A DNA stretch of 64,000 nucleotides, taken from a bacterium (lineage in GTDB: Bacteria; Gemmatimonadota; Gemmatimonadetes; Gemmatimonadales; Gemmatimonadaceae). Under the pieces are notes generated by a model. That model was not told the DNA's origin and searched no databases. It was given only the letters and a program-made list of their open reading frames with translations. Shown in pieces: positions 15,178 to 25,013 of this stretch (positions are counted from its first letter, which is position 1; each line of letters begins with the position of its first letter). Both the position numbers and the translations under genes were made by a program. The stretch is taken from positions 12,990-76,989 of the forward strand of contig JAKAJN010000001.1 of NCBI GenBank assembly GCA_021813725.1, in the 5' to 3' direction.

Positions 15178-16185
15178 GTGCCCACCCGCTACGACTCCGC
15201 CTACCACGCTCCGGTGCTGGTCGAGGAGGTCCTCGCCCTGTTCACCGGCGCCTCGCGTGCGCTGGACTGCACGCTCGGGGGCGGCGGACACTCGGCCGCC
15301 ATGCTTGACGCCGGGATGGACGTAACGGGCATCGATCGCGACCCGGCGGCCATCGCCGAGGCGTCGCGCCGACTTCAGCCGGCCATCGCGGACGGTCGCT
15401 TTCACGCCATTCGCGGCAACTACGCGGACGCCGAGTCCCTGCTTCCCGCGGACGTCACCTACGACGCGATCCTGCTCGACCTTGGCGTGTCCTCGCATCA
15501 GCTCGACGAGCCGGCGCGCGGATTCTCGTTTCGCGAGGGGGAGCGGTTGGGGGGGGCGATGGAGCAGCTGGGCGGGCACGAGACGGTCGACAGTGGATGG
15601 CAGACGGTGGATCCGTCGACCGTCGACCGTCGACCGTCAACCGTCGCTCCCTGGCACTCCGCCGCCCACTTCCTCAACGAGGCCTCTCTCGCGGACCTGA
15701 CCTCAGCGTTCCGTGAATACGGTGACGAACCCCGCGGCGCGCGCCTCGCCACGGAGGTCATCCGTCGACGGGAACGCCGCCCCTTTGCGCTCAGCGACGA
15801 CCTGGTCGGCGCCATTCGCGCCGTCCTCGGCGCACGCAGCGGCCCATCCGATTTCGCGCGACTGTTTCAAGCCGTCCGGATCGCCGTGAATGACGAACTG
15901 TCCGGGCTCGCGCGTGCGCTCCCGGCCCTGCGTGACCGACTCGCCCCGCAGGGAGTCCTCGCAGTGATTGCGTACCACTCGGGCGAGGACCGGCGCGTGA
16001 AGCTGGCCTTCCGCGAGTGGGCGTCGTCGTGCGTCTGTCCACCCAAGCAGCCCGTCTGTACCTGCCGAGGACGCCCGTTGGGTACCCTGCTGACCCGCAA
16101 GCCGATCACCGCCGGCGACGCCGAGCTCGCGCACAACGTGCGGGCGCGGAGCGCGCACCTGCGCGCCTTCCGCCGGGAGGCCTGA
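15178..16185 (+). CDS. rsmH: 16S rRNA (cytosine1402-N4)-methyltransferase RsmH/MraW, with an internal repeat-derived insertion
   Basis: YHAPVLVEEV, GIDRDP, LLDLGVSSHQLD..RGFSF, FQAVRIAVNDEL and AYHSGEDRRVK are present. It is the first gene of the dcw cluster and starts with GTG. Confidence 0.9.
   Translation: MPTRYDSAYHAPVLVEEVLALFTGASRALDCTLGGGGHSAAMLDAGMDVTGIDRDPAAIAEASRRLQPAIADGRFHAIRGNYADAESLLPADVTYDAILLDLGVSSHQLDEPARGFSFREGERLGGAMEQLGGHETVDSGWQTVDPSTVDRRPSTVAPWHSAAHFLNEASLADLTSAFREYGDEPRGARLATEVIRRRERRPFALSDDLVGAIRAVLGARSGPSDFARLFQAVRIAVNDELSGLARALPALRDRLAPQGVLAVIAYHSGEDRRVKLAFREWASSCVCPPKQPVCTCRGRPLGTLLTRKPITAGDAELAHNVRARSAHLRAFRREA
15613..15647 (+). repeat. Five tandem 7-bp units (CCGTCGA x3, CCGTCAA, CCGTCGC) inside the rsmH coding sequence
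   Basis: Read directly from the sequence. The inverted partner GACGGTCGAC lies at 15582-15591. Confidence 0.9.
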
Positions 16186-16186
16186 A

Positions 16187-16474
16187 ATGCGCGGACGATC
16201 GATGGTCTTTCTCGCGCTGGCCGGGTTCGTGGTGATCGCCACGGGCGTGATCTGGCGGCGCAGCCTCGGCGTCACGCGCGCCCGCGCCATCGAGCAGATC
16301 GAGACGCGCCGCACGGCCCTGGCGGCACAACGAGCCAAGCTCGACGGCGACATCCGGACCGCGATGAGCATGGAGCGGCTCGGCCGCGTCGCCGAAGAAC
16401 GCCTGCATCTGCGCGTGCCGAGCGACAGTCTCGTGGTCACCCTGCGCCGCTCGCCCCGTGTCGCTGTTCGCTGA
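16187..16474 (+). CDS. ftsL: Cell division protein FtsL
   Basis: The 95-aa protein has a single TM helix (MVFLALAGFVVIATGVIW) followed by a coiled coil. It sits between rsmH and ftsI. Confidence 0.6.
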   Translation: MRGRSMVFLALAGFVVIATGVIWRRSLGVTRARAIEQIETRRTALAAQRAKLDGDIRTAMSMERLGRVAEERLHLRVPSDSLVVTLRRSPRVAVR

Positions 16475-18428
16475 CCGTCCGCGGCTCATTCACGGTGCGC
16501 TCGCGCTCTTTGCGCTGGCGGTGATCGGACGCGCCGCCAAGGTGCAGTTGCTTGACGCCGACCGGTGGCGGGCGCGCGCGCACGACCAGCAGGTGGCCGC
16601 CGCCCCGCTTCCCGCACCGCGCGGTGCGATTCAGGATGCCGGCGGTGAGGTATTGGTGGAGAGCCGCGAAATGGTGCGCCTGCGGGTGGCGCCGCGTGAA
16701 GTCCGCGAACCGCGGCAGCTCGCCGCGTTGATGCGCCGCGCATTGGTCGGCGATGAGTGGGTGCGGCGGTCCACGGACACGGCGTACAAGTGGGTCGAGG
16801 TGCCGGGACTGTATCTCCCCACCGATGTGGCGATGCTCACCGCGCTGCGCGGCGTGCATCCAGAGCCGGTGCTCAATCGCGTCGCGCCGCCCTCGGAAGG
16901 GTTGCGGCGCATCATCGGCCGCACCGCGGATGGCGGCGTGCCGGTCGACGGGGTGGAGTTGGCGCTCGACGGCTTGTTGCGCGGCCAGCCGGGACGCGAC
17001 GCCCGGGTGCGCGACAGCCGCGGTCGGCTGTTCGACTCCCCCTCGGTCGATGGCGACGCGGCGCGCCCTGGGCACCGCGTCACGCTCACCATCAACGCCG
17101 GGCTGCAAGACATCGCCGAGCGCTCGCTCGCCGATGCGGTCACGGCGCAGGGTGCCTCGGGGGGCGACATCGTGGTGCTCGATGCGCGGTCCGGCGAGGT
17201 ACGCGCGATGGCGAGCCGTCGCGCCGATCCACGCTCGACGGCGGCCACCGCCCTCACGGAACCGTACGAACCGGGCTCGACGCTCAAGCCGTTCATCGCC
17301 GCGTGGCTGTTGGGCCACGGTCGCGCCCGCGTGGACGACGTGGTGAACGGACACAACGGAACGTGGGTGCTCGACGGACGGACGATCCGCGACGATCACA
17401 AGGGGGCGTCGTTCACGCTGGCGGACGTCATTCGCTATTCGAGCAACATTGGGATCATCCAGTTCGCGCAGCGACTCTCGCCACGCGAGCAGTTCGAAGT
17501 GCTGCGCGATGCGGGCTTCGGCGCGCCGACCGGCGTCACGTATCCGTCGGAATCGCCCGGACGCCTTTCCACGCCCAGTCGCTGGTCGCGGCAGACGGCG
17601 GCGTCGCTGGCGATGGGGTATGAGGTGCTGGTGACCCCGATGCAGCTGGCGACCGCGTACGCGGCGATTGCGAACGGCGGCGAACTGCTGCAGCCGGCGC
17701 TGGTTCGCGAGGTGCGCGCCCCCGACGGCCGCGTCGTCTATCGGCACGAGCGGCAGGTGGTGCGCCGGCTGATGACGTCGGAGACGGCGCGCACGATGCG
17801 CGCGCTGCTCAAGGGCGTCACGGAGAGCGGCACGGCGGCCGGCACGTCGCTCGCGACGTTCGAGGTGGCGGGCAAAACCGGAACAGCCCAGGTGGCGCGC
17901 GATCGGCATTACGTGAGGGGAGAGTACACGGCGTCGTTCGTCGGCATGTTTCCCGCTGACGATCCACAGGTCGTGATCCTCGTGAAGCTCGACAGTCCGC
18001 GAAAGTCCATCTACGGCGGCAAGGCGGCGGCCCCGGTGAGCAAGACCGTGCTCGAGGCGGCGATCGCCGCGCGCGACGCGGCGCTCGATCGCCGCAGCTT
18101 GGCGAGCGCGCCGCAGCGTGCGGCAGCGGCGCCACCCGCCGACGAGCCCGTGCGCGACGCCGCCGAGGACTCGGTCGTGGTCACCGAGAGCGCGGGGAGC
18201 GTGCCGTACGAAGTGGCGCTCGACCATCCGCCGCGTCCGTCGCGCGTGGTGGCCGGTGCGCGCGCGGTGCCCGCGGTGCAGGGGCTGTCGCGTCGCGCGG
18301 CCGCGCGCGTCCTGCATCGCGCTGGCTTCCGCGTCGTCTTCCGCGACGGCGCGCCGTCGGGGCAGTGGCCCGCCGCCGGGACGATGGCCGTGTCGGGAAG
18401 TCGCGTCACGGTGGCGGTGGCGCCGTGA
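16458..18428 (+). CDS. ftsI: Penicillin-binding protein FtsI (class B transpeptidase) with a C-terminal PASTA-like domain
   Basis: A PBP dimerisation region is followed by the transpeptidase motifs (STLKP, SSN, KTGTA). The tail VPAVQGLSRRAAARVLHRAGFRVVF..WPAAGTMAVSGSRVTV is PASTA-like. Confidence 0.88.
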   Translation: MSLFADRPRLIHGALALFALAVIGRAAKVQLLDADRWRARAHDQQVAAAPLPAPRGAIQDAGGEVLVESREMVRLRVAPREVREPRQLAALMRRALVGDEWVRRSTDTAYKWVEVPGLYLPTDVAMLTALRGVHPEPVLNRVAPPSEGLRRIIGRTADGGVPVDGVELALDGLLRGQPGRDARVRDSRGRLFDSPSVDGDAARPGHRVTLTINAGLQDIAERSLADAVTAQGASGGDIVVLDARSGEVRAMASRRADPRSTAATALTEPYEPGSTLKPFIAAWLLGHGRARVDDVVNGHNGTWVLDGRTIRDDHKGASFTLADVIRYSSNIGIIQFAQRLSPREQFEVLRDAGFGAPTGVTYPSESPGRLSTPSRWSRQTAASLAMGYEVLVTPMQLATAYAAIANGGELLQPALVREVRAPDGRVVYRHERQVVRRLMTSETARTMRALLKGVTESGTAAGTSLATFEVAGKTGTAQVARDRHYVRGEYTASFVGMFPADDPQVVILVKLDSPRKSIYGGKAAAPVSKTVLEAAIAARDAALDRRSLASAPQRAAAAPPADEPVRDAAEDSVVVTESAGSVPYEVALDHPPRPSRVVAGARAVPAVQGLSRRAAARVLHRAGFRVVFRDGAPSGQWPAAGTMAVSGSRVTVAVAP

Positions 18429-19897
18429 GCCGCAGCGTCGCGGTGGCACAGCTCGCGAATGCGCTCGAGGCGGCGGGACTGCTCGCCGAGCGCCGCGGCA
18501 CGATACCCGAGCGCGTGACGGGCCTCACCGATGACTCGCGCTCCGTCGTGCGCGGCGGTGCATTCGTCGCCGTCCGCGGCACACAGCGCGACGGTCACGC
18601 GTACCTCGAAGCGGCGGCACAGGCCGGTGCGACGTTGGCGATCGTGGAAGACGGCACGGCCACCACACTGCCGGCGTTCATCGTGCGCGAGGGCCGTCGC
18701 GCCGCGGCGGTGGCGGCGGCCGCCTTCTACGGCGAGCCGGCCTCCTTCCTGCGCCTGGTTGCCGTCACCGGCACCAACGGCAAGACGACGACGGTCGGAA
18801 TGCTGCGGCACCTGCTCGACGCGCCCCACGCGCGATCGGCGAGCATCGGCACGCTCGGTGTGCTGGTCGGCAGTGCGGGCGAGCCGCTCCCGGGGGGCGG
18901 CGGCCTCACGACCCCTGGTCCGATCGAGCTGCAGCGGCTGCTGCGCGCACTCGTGGACGCAGGCGTGCGATCGGTGGCAATGGAGGCCTCGTCGCATGCG
19001 CTCGATCAGGGGCGTATGGTCGGATTGCGCTTCGCGGCGGCGGTCTTCACCAACCTGACGCGCGACCATCTCGACTACCATCGGACCTTCGAGGCGTATT
19101 TCCAGGCGAAGGCATCGCTGGCGGATCTGCTCACCGACGGCGGGACGCTCGTGTCCAACGCGGACGACCCGGTATGGGCCGACCTGCCGCGCGTCCCGCG
19201 CGCCCTCACCTTCGGCGTGTCGTCGGCGACGGCGGACGTGCGGGCCGAGGCGGTGACGTTCCATCCGCGCGGGAGCCGCTGGGTGCTGGCACGCGGGGAC
19301 GAACGGAGCGCGGTCGCCCTGCCGCTGATCGGCGACTTCAACGTTGCCAACGCACTTGGCGCGGCGGCGGCGGCGATTGCGGTCGGCGTTGCGCTCCCCG
19401 AGGTCGCGCGCCTGCTTGGTTCGCTGCCGCAGGTGCCGGGGCGTCTCGAGATCCTCAGCGAGCATCCCACGGTGCTGCGCGATTACGCGCACACGCCCGA
19501 CGCGTTGGAGCGCGCCCTGCGCGCCCTGCGGCCGTTTACGCCGGGGCGGCTGATTGCGGTCTTCGGTTGCGGCGGCGACCGCGACCGGGGGAAGCGCCCG
19601 ATGATGGCGGAGGTCGCCCACCGCCTTGCCGACGCGGTAGTGGTGACGAGCGACAATCCGCGCACCGAGGATCCGGAGCGCATTCTCGACGAGATCTGTG
19701 CGGCGCTCCCGCTCGGGAGCTACGAACGCATCGAAGATCGGCGCACGGCCATCGCCGCGGCGATCGCGATGGCCGACGCGGCGCGCGACGTCGTGCTGCT
19801 GGCGGGCAAGGGGCACGAGACGTATCAGATACGCGGGACCACGTCGTATCCCTTCGACGAGGCGGCCATTGTCCGTGGCCTGCTCGGGGCGGAATAA
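18425..19897 (+). CDS. murE: UDP-MurNAc-L-Ala-D-Glu:meso-DAP ligase MurE
   Basis: GTNGKTTT P-loop and the DNPR motif (TSDNPRTEDP) are present. The GTG overlaps the ftsI stop. Confidence 0.9.
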   Translation: MSRSVAVAQLANALEAAGLLAERRGTIPERVTGLTDDSRSVVRGGAFVAVRGTQRDGHAYLEAAAQAGATLAIVEDGTATTLPAFIVREGRRAAAVAAAAFYGEPASFLRLVAVTGTNGKTTTVGMLRHLLDAPHARSASIGTLGVLVGSAGEPLPGGGGLTTPGPIELQRLLRALVDAGVRSVAMEASSHALDQGRMVGLRFAAAVFTNLTRDHLDYHRTFEAYFQAKASLADLLTDGGTLVSNADDPVWADLPRVPRALTFGVSSATADVRAEAVTFHPRGSRWVLARGDERSAVALPLIGDFNVANALGAAAAAIAVGVALPEVARLLGSLPQVPGRLEILSEHPTVLRDYAHTPDALERALRALRPFTPGRLIAVFGCGGDRDRGKRPMMAEVAHRLADAVVVTSDNPRTEDPERILDEICAALPLGSYERIEDRRTAIAAAIAMADAARDVVLLAGKGHETYQIRGTTSYPFDEAAIVRGLLGAE

Positions 19898-19900
19898 GCG

Positions 19901-21262
19901 ATGGAGCACGACTTCTGGACGCTCTCGCGCGTGGCGCGGGCCCTCGGCCTGCCGGCCTATCGCGCGACCGATAGAACGTTACGTGGCATAATAACCGACA
20001 CCCGCACACTCCGCCCCGGCGACCTCTTCGTGGCGCTGGCCGGCGAACGTTTCGACGCGCACGACTTCCTCGCCGAGGCCGTGCAGGCGGGGGCAGCGGC
20101 GGTCGTTGTGCGCGACGCCGCGCGCGCGGCGGGACTCGGCGTGCCGGCGTTCGCGGTGGATGACACCCTGCACGCGCTGGGGGCGCTCGCCCGGTTCTAT
20201 CGGGCCGCGTGGACCATTCCCGTCGTTGCCGTCGGCGGCTCCAATGGCAAGACGTCCACCAAGGAACTGCTCAAGGCGGCGCTCGGCGCGCGGTTCAGCG
20301 TGCACGCTACCAGCGGCAACCTCAACAACCAGGTGGGCACGCCGCTCACGCTGCTTTCGTTGCCCGTCGGCGCGGAGTGCGCCGTCGTCGAAGTCGGCAC
20401 CAACATGCCCGGAGAAATCCCGCTCCTGCGCGCGATCGTCGCGCCCGACGTGGCGCTCGTGACCTGTGTGCAGGAGGAACACCTTGAGGGCTTTGGCGAT
20501 CTCGCCGGCGTCCTCGCGGAGGAGGCGGCCCTGCTGGACACCGTCGAGCTTGCGGTCGTTCCGGAGCACGAGGTGGCTCTGGTGGCGGAGGCGCGGCGGC
20601 GCGCACGCCGCGTGGTCACGGCCGGGCTCGCAGCCGGCGACCTCGCGACAACGGGGCACGGCCTCAACGCCGACGGCACGGGGTGGATGGAGGTGGAGGG
20701 GGTGCGCGTCGCGGTGCCGTTGCGGGGCGAGCACAACCTGCGCAACGCGATGCTGGCGCTGGCGCTGGCGCGCGAGTTGGGCGTGCCGCTGGCCGAGGCG
20801 GCGCGCGGCATCGCCGCGATGCCGCAGCCGTCCATGCGCTCGGCGGTGGAGCCGCTCGGACGCGCGCTGCTCATCAACGACGCGTACAATGCGAACCCCG
20901 GCTCGATGCGTGCGGCGCTCGCGTTGCTCGCCGCCGTTGGGGCCGGGCGACAGCGCGCGGCGGTGCTCGGCACGATGCGCGAGCTGGGCCCGTCGGCGGC
21001 GCAATTGCACCGCGACATCGCCCGCGTGGCGCTGGCCAGCGGCGCCGATGTGGTGGCGGGAATCGGCGAGTTCGGGCCCGCGCTCCAGGCGGAGGGGGCG
21101 GGGGACGCCCGCGTCATCACCGCCGGTGACGTGGATGACCTGTGGCCCGTCCTCCAACAGAGACTGCAGCCGGACGCCGCGATCCTGCTCAAGGCATCGC
21201 GCGGCGTGCGGCTGGAGCGCTTGCTCCCCCATCTCCAGTCCTGGGCGACGCCCGCCGTCTGA
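19901..21262 (+). CDS. murF: UDP-MurNAc-tripeptide:D-Ala-D-Ala ligase MurF
   Basis: GSNGKTSTKE P-loop, Mur ligase architecture and position in the dcw cluster support the call. Confidence 0.9.
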   Translation: MEHDFWTLSRVARALGLPAYRATDRTLRGIITDTRTLRPGDLFVALAGERFDAHDFLAEAVQAGAAAVVVRDAARAAGLGVPAFAVDDTLHALGALARFYRAAWTIPVVAVGGSNGKTSTKELLKAALGARFSVHATSGNLNNQVGTPLTLLSLPVGAECAVVEVGTNMPGEIPLLRAIVAPDVALVTCVQEEHLEGFGDLAGVLAEEAALLDTVELAVVPEHEVALVAEARRRARRVVTAGLAAGDLATTGHGLNADGTGWMEVEGVRVAVPLRGEHNLRNAMLALALARELGVPLAEAARGIAAMPQPSMRSAVEPLGRALLINDAYNANPGSMRAALALLAAVGAGRQRAAVLGTMRELGPSAAQLHRDIARVALASGADVVAGIGEFGPALQAEGAGDARVITAGDVDDLWPVLQQRLQPDAAILLKASRGVRLERLLPHLQSWATPAV

Positions 21263-22395
21263 TGCTCTACGAGCTCTTCTACCCGCTGCGCGATCATTTC
21301 AGCCCGCTGAACATCTTCCGCTACATCTCGGTGCGCGCGGCCGGGGCGGCGGTCACCGCGCTGCTGGTCTCGTTCATCTTCGGGCCGATGATCATCAATC
21401 GCCTGAAGCACATGGCCCTGCACCAGGTGGTGCGCGAAGGGACGCCGGATTCGCACGCCGGCAAGGGGACGACGCCGACGATGGGCGGGCTGATCATCCT
21501 CACGGCGACGTTGATTCCGACGCTGCTCTGGATGCGGCTCGACAACAAGTATGTCTGGATTGCGCTGATCGTCACCCTGTGGATGGGCGGCATCGGCTTT
21601 CTGGACGACTACCTCAAGCTGAAGCAGAAGCGGGAAGGGAAGGAGAACACGGGGCTCGTGGAGCGCTGGAAGCTTGCGGGGCAAATCACCATCGGGCTCG
21701 CGCTCGGGCTGTACCTCTGGCACTACCCGATCAGCAACCTGCCGGGCGCCTCCACGACGCTGCCATTCTACAAGTACCTCCTGATCGTGCCGACCTTCGG
21801 CCTGCTCTACGTGGCGTTCGTCACCTTCGTGATGACGGGGACGAGCAACGCGGTGAACCTCACCGACGGCCTCGATGGCCTGGCGGCGGGCCTGATGGCG
21901 ATCGCGATGGCGACGCTGGCGATCTTCGCGTACGTGATGGGACGCTACGACACGTCGCAGGCGCTGCTGGTCTTCTACCTGCGCGGCTCCGGCGAGCTGA
22001 CGGTCTTCTGCTCCGCGGTCTTTGGCGCGTCGGTCGGCTTTCTCTGGTACAACTGCTTCCCGGCGCAGGTCTTCATGGGCGACACGGGATCGCTCTCGCT
22101 TGGCGGGGCGCTGAGTTCGGTGGCGATCCTGCTGAAGAGCGAGTTTCTCGTGCTCATCATTGGCGGCGTCTTCGTGGCCGAAACGACGTCGGTGATCCTG
22201 CAGCGCGCGATGTTCAAGTGGCGCAAGCGGCGGTACGGCGTCGAGTACGCACGGGTCAACCGCGTCTTCAAGCGCGCCCCGATCCACCATCACTTCGAAT
22301 TGTCCGGATGGCCGGAGGCGCAGGTGGTGGTGCGATTCTGGATTCTCGGCATCCTGTGCGCCTTCCTGGCGCTGAGCACGCTGAAGCTGCGGTGA
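21262..22395 (+). CDS. mraY: Phospho-MurNAc-pentapeptide translocase MraY
   Basis: The motif NAVNLTDGLDGLA is present in a polytopic membrane protein. The ATG overlaps the murF stop. Confidence 0.95.
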   Translation: MLYELFYPLRDHFSPLNIFRYISVRAAGAAVTALLVSFIFGPMIINRLKHMALHQVVREGTPDSHAGKGTTPTMGGLIILTATLIPTLLWMRLDNKYVWIALIVTLWMGGIGFLDDYLKLKQKREGKENTGLVERWKLAGQITIGLALGLYLWHYPISNLPGASTTLPFYKYLLIVPTFGLLYVAFVTFVMTGTSNAVNLTDGLDGLAAGLMAIAMATLAIFAYVMGRYDTSQALLVFYLRGSGELTVFCSAVFGASVGFLWYNCFPAQVFMGDTGSLSLGGALSSVAILLKSEFLVLIIGGVFVAETTSVILQRAMFKWRKRRYGVEYARVNRVFKRAPIHHHFELSGWPEAQVVVRFWILGILCAFLALSTLKLR

Positions 22396-23765
22396 TCGGC
22401 GACGCGATTGCCCGCGGCGAGATCGCGGTCATCGGGCTGGGCCGCAGCGGCACCGCTGCCGCCCGGCTCCTCGCGCGTGAGGGGGGGCGCGTCTATGCGT
22501 CCGACGCGGGCGGCGGGGCGGCGGTCGCGCAGGCGGCCGCCGCGTTGCGCGCCGATGGCATCGACGCGGACGCCGGCCGGCACGACCTCGCGCGCATTCG
22601 GGGCGCGGCGCTCGTCATTGCGAGCCCGGGCGTGCCGCCGTCGGCGGAGCCGCTGGGCGCCGCGCGCGAGGCGGGCGTGCGCGTGGTGGGAGAGCTGGAG
22701 GTCGCCCTGCACGCGCTGCGCGGCGTGCCGTACATCGCCATCACCGGGACCAACGGCAAGAGCACGGTCACCGCGCTCGTCGCGCACCTGCTGACGGCGC
22801 TGGGGCATCGCGCGGTGGCCGCCGGCAACATTGGACGTGCCCTCAGCGACGTGGCGCTGTCGGCAGAACGGCCCGCGTGGATTGCGCTCGAAGTTTCGTC
22901 GTTCCAGCTGCACGACACGCCGAGCCTGCGACCGGCAGTCGGCGTGTTGACGAACCTGAGTCCCGATCACCTGGATCGCTACGCGACGATCGACGACTAC
23001 TATGCCGACAAGGCCCTGCTGTATCGCAACGCGGGGCCGGCGTCGCGCTGGGTGCTGAACGCAGACGATGATGCGGCGTTGCGCCTCGCGCGCGGGGCCG
23101 CCGGCGAGCGCTGGATGTTCTCGCGGCGCGACGCGTCGGCCGCCGCGCATTTCGACGCGGCGCTCGACGCCCTCGTCCTGTTCGACGAACGCTTCGTGGC
23201 CCGCGGATCGCTGCCGCTGCTGGGCTGGCACAACGTCGAGAACGTGCTTGCAGCGGCGCTCGCGGTGTCGGTGGCCGACGCGGCGCATCGAACGCCGAAC
23301 GCCCGGGCGGCGCTGGCCGTTGGCGCCGCGACGTTCGGCGGACTGCCGCATCGACTCGAGGTCGTCGCCGAGTCGCACGGTGTGCGCTGGATCAACGATT
23401 CCAAGGCGACCAACGTGTCCTCGGCGCGCGTCGCCATCGAGGCGATGGACCGGCCGACGATCGTCCTGCTGGGGGGCAAGCACAAGGGCGAGCCGTATAC
23501 GTCGCTCATTGATCCACTCGTCGCGCACGCGAAGCTGGTGATCGCCTACGGCGCCGCCGAGTCCATTGTGGCGGCCGATCTGGAAGGGCGCGTGCCGATC
23601 GAGCGTGGCGGATCGTCCTTTGAGGACGTCATGCAACGCGCGCGCGCGGCGGCCTCGCCGGGCGACGCGGTGTTGCTCGCCCCGGCCTGCTCGAGCTTCG
23701 ACATGTTCACCAACTACGAGGCGCGCGGCGACGCCTTCCGCCGACTGGCGCGGGAGGGCGCATGA
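22392..23765 (+). CDS. murD: UDP-MurNAc-L-Ala:D-Glu ligase MurD
   Basis: VIGLGRSGTAAARLL and ITGTNGKSTVT are present. The GTG overlaps the mraY stop (GTGA). Confidence 0.9.
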   Translation: MIGDAIARGEIAVIGLGRSGTAAARLLAREGGRVYASDAGGGAAVAQAAAALRADGIDADAGRHDLARIRGAALVIASPGVPPSAEPLGAAREAGVRVVGELEVALHALRGVPYIAITGTNGKSTVTALVAHLLTALGHRAVAAGNIGRALSDVALSAERPAWIALEVSSFQLHDTPSLRPAVGVLTNLSPDHLDRYATIDDYYADKALLYRNAGPASRWVLNADDDAALRLARGAAGERWMFSRRDASAAAHFDAALDALVLFDERFVARGSLPLLGWHNVENVLAAALAVSVADAAHRTPNARAALAVGAATFGGLPHRLEVVAESHGVRWINDSKATNVSSARVAIEAMDRPTIVLLGGKHKGEPYTSLIDPLVAHAKLVIAYGAAESIVAADLEGRVPIERGGSSFEDVMQRARAAASPGDAVLLAPACSSFDMFTNYEARGDAFRRLAREGA

Positions 23766-24979
23766 CCGCCCCCGCCGCCGTGCGCGCCGGCGTGGCGCGC
23801 GCCGCCGTCGGTGCGTCGCGCGAGCGCTGGCGCACCAGCTGGGAAGCGCGTGCGCTCATCATGTGCACTGCCGCCCTCGTCGCGTTCGGAGTCGCAACGC
23901 TGTACAGCGCCAGCGCGATGGTGGCGATGCAGTCGGGTTTCGCGAGTACCCACTTTCTGACGCGTCAGTTGGCCGGCATAGCCGTCGGCCTCGTGCTCTT
24001 CGTGCTCGCGGCCAAGCAGGACGCCGAATGGTGGCGCGACGCGGCGTGGCCGCTGATGCTCGGCGCGCTCGTGCTGATGTTGCTCTGCGTGCTGCCGTTC
24101 ACCCGGGCCATCGCGCCGCCGATCCACGGCTCGCGACGATTCCTCTTCGGCGGCTCGATCCAGCCGTCGGAGTACGCCAAGCTGGCGGTGATCGCGTGGA
24201 CGGCGATGCTGACGGTCAAGAAGGGGGAGCAATTGCGGCGCCTGACCAAGGGGATGCTGCCAATCCTGCTCGTCGTCGGCGCGCTGGCGGTGCTCGCGGC
24301 GCTCGAGCCCGACCTGTCGGTGGCGGTGTACTACCTGCTGCTGATGGGCGTGATCCTGTTCGCCGGCGGCGTGCGCATCGGTCACTTCGTCTTCCTGGGC
24401 CTCATCGCCATGCCGGTGCTCTGGAGCCAGGTGCAGCGACTGCAATACGTGCTCGAGCGGCTCCTCGGCTTCACCGAGGCCGGAGCGGTGCACCGCGAGG
24501 TGAACTTCCAACTGCAGCAGTCGCTGATCGCCGTCGGGTCTGGTGGTCTCTTCGGCGTCGGATACGGCGAGGGGCGGCAGCAATACGGATTCTTGCCGCT
24601 GCCGTACAATGATTTCATCGGCGGCAATATCGGCGAAGAGTGGGGCTTCATCGGACTGACGGGCGTGACGCTGCTCTTTGCGGCGTACTGTTGGTTGGGC
24701 TTTCGCATCGCCGCGCAGGCCCGCACGCCCTTCCAGCGCCTGCTCGCGATCGGCGTGACGTTCACGATGGTCACCACGGCGTACCTGCACCTCGGCGTCG
24801 CCATCGGGTTGCTGCCGACGACGGGACTCACGCTGCCATTCATCTCGTACGGCCGTTCCAATCTGTTGCTCTCGATGCTGATGACCGGTATCCTCGTGAA
24901 TATCGGCAGCGCGAACGAGCGCGTGTACGGCGAGTCGGCCACCGACCCGATGCGCGTTGCGCCGGGGGTGGCGCGATGA
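23762..24979 (+). CDS. ftsW: SEDS-family peptidoglycan polymerase FtsW
   Basis: This is a polytopic SEDS protein (..LPFISYGRSNLL..). The ATG overlaps the murD stop. Confidence 0.9.
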   Translation: MTAPAAVRAGVARAAVGASRERWRTSWEARALIMCTAALVAFGVATLYSASAMVAMQSGFASTHFLTRQLAGIAVGLVLFVLAAKQDAEWWRDAAWPLMLGALVLMLLCVLPFTRAIAPPIHGSRRFLFGGSIQPSEYAKLAVIAWTAMLTVKKGEQLRRLTKGMLPILLVVGALAVLAALEPDLSVAVYYLLLMGVILFAGGVRIGHFVFLGLIAMPVLWSQVQRLQYVLERLLGFTEAGAVHREVNFQLQQSLIAVGSGGLFGVGYGEGRQQYGFLPLPYNDFIGGNIGEEWGFIGLTGVTLLFAAYCWLGFRIAAQARTPFQRLLAIGVTFTMVTTAYLHLGVAIGLLPTTGLTLPFISYGRSNLLLSMLMTGILVNIGSANERVYGESATDPMRVAPGVAR

Positions 24980-25013
24980 TCGGCGTGACGCCGAACGACC
25001 AGGGCGTCGCGCG

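Noticed and set aside
14904-15308. ORFs translated from the 11-bp array (e.g. 15015..15308 with FLSVFSLFSLCFLSV repeats, 14904..15185 with RENREKTERKQ repeats).
   Set aside because: The periodic peptide is simply the translation of the tandem DNA repeat. There is no start context, and the region lies in the gap between two well-defined genes.
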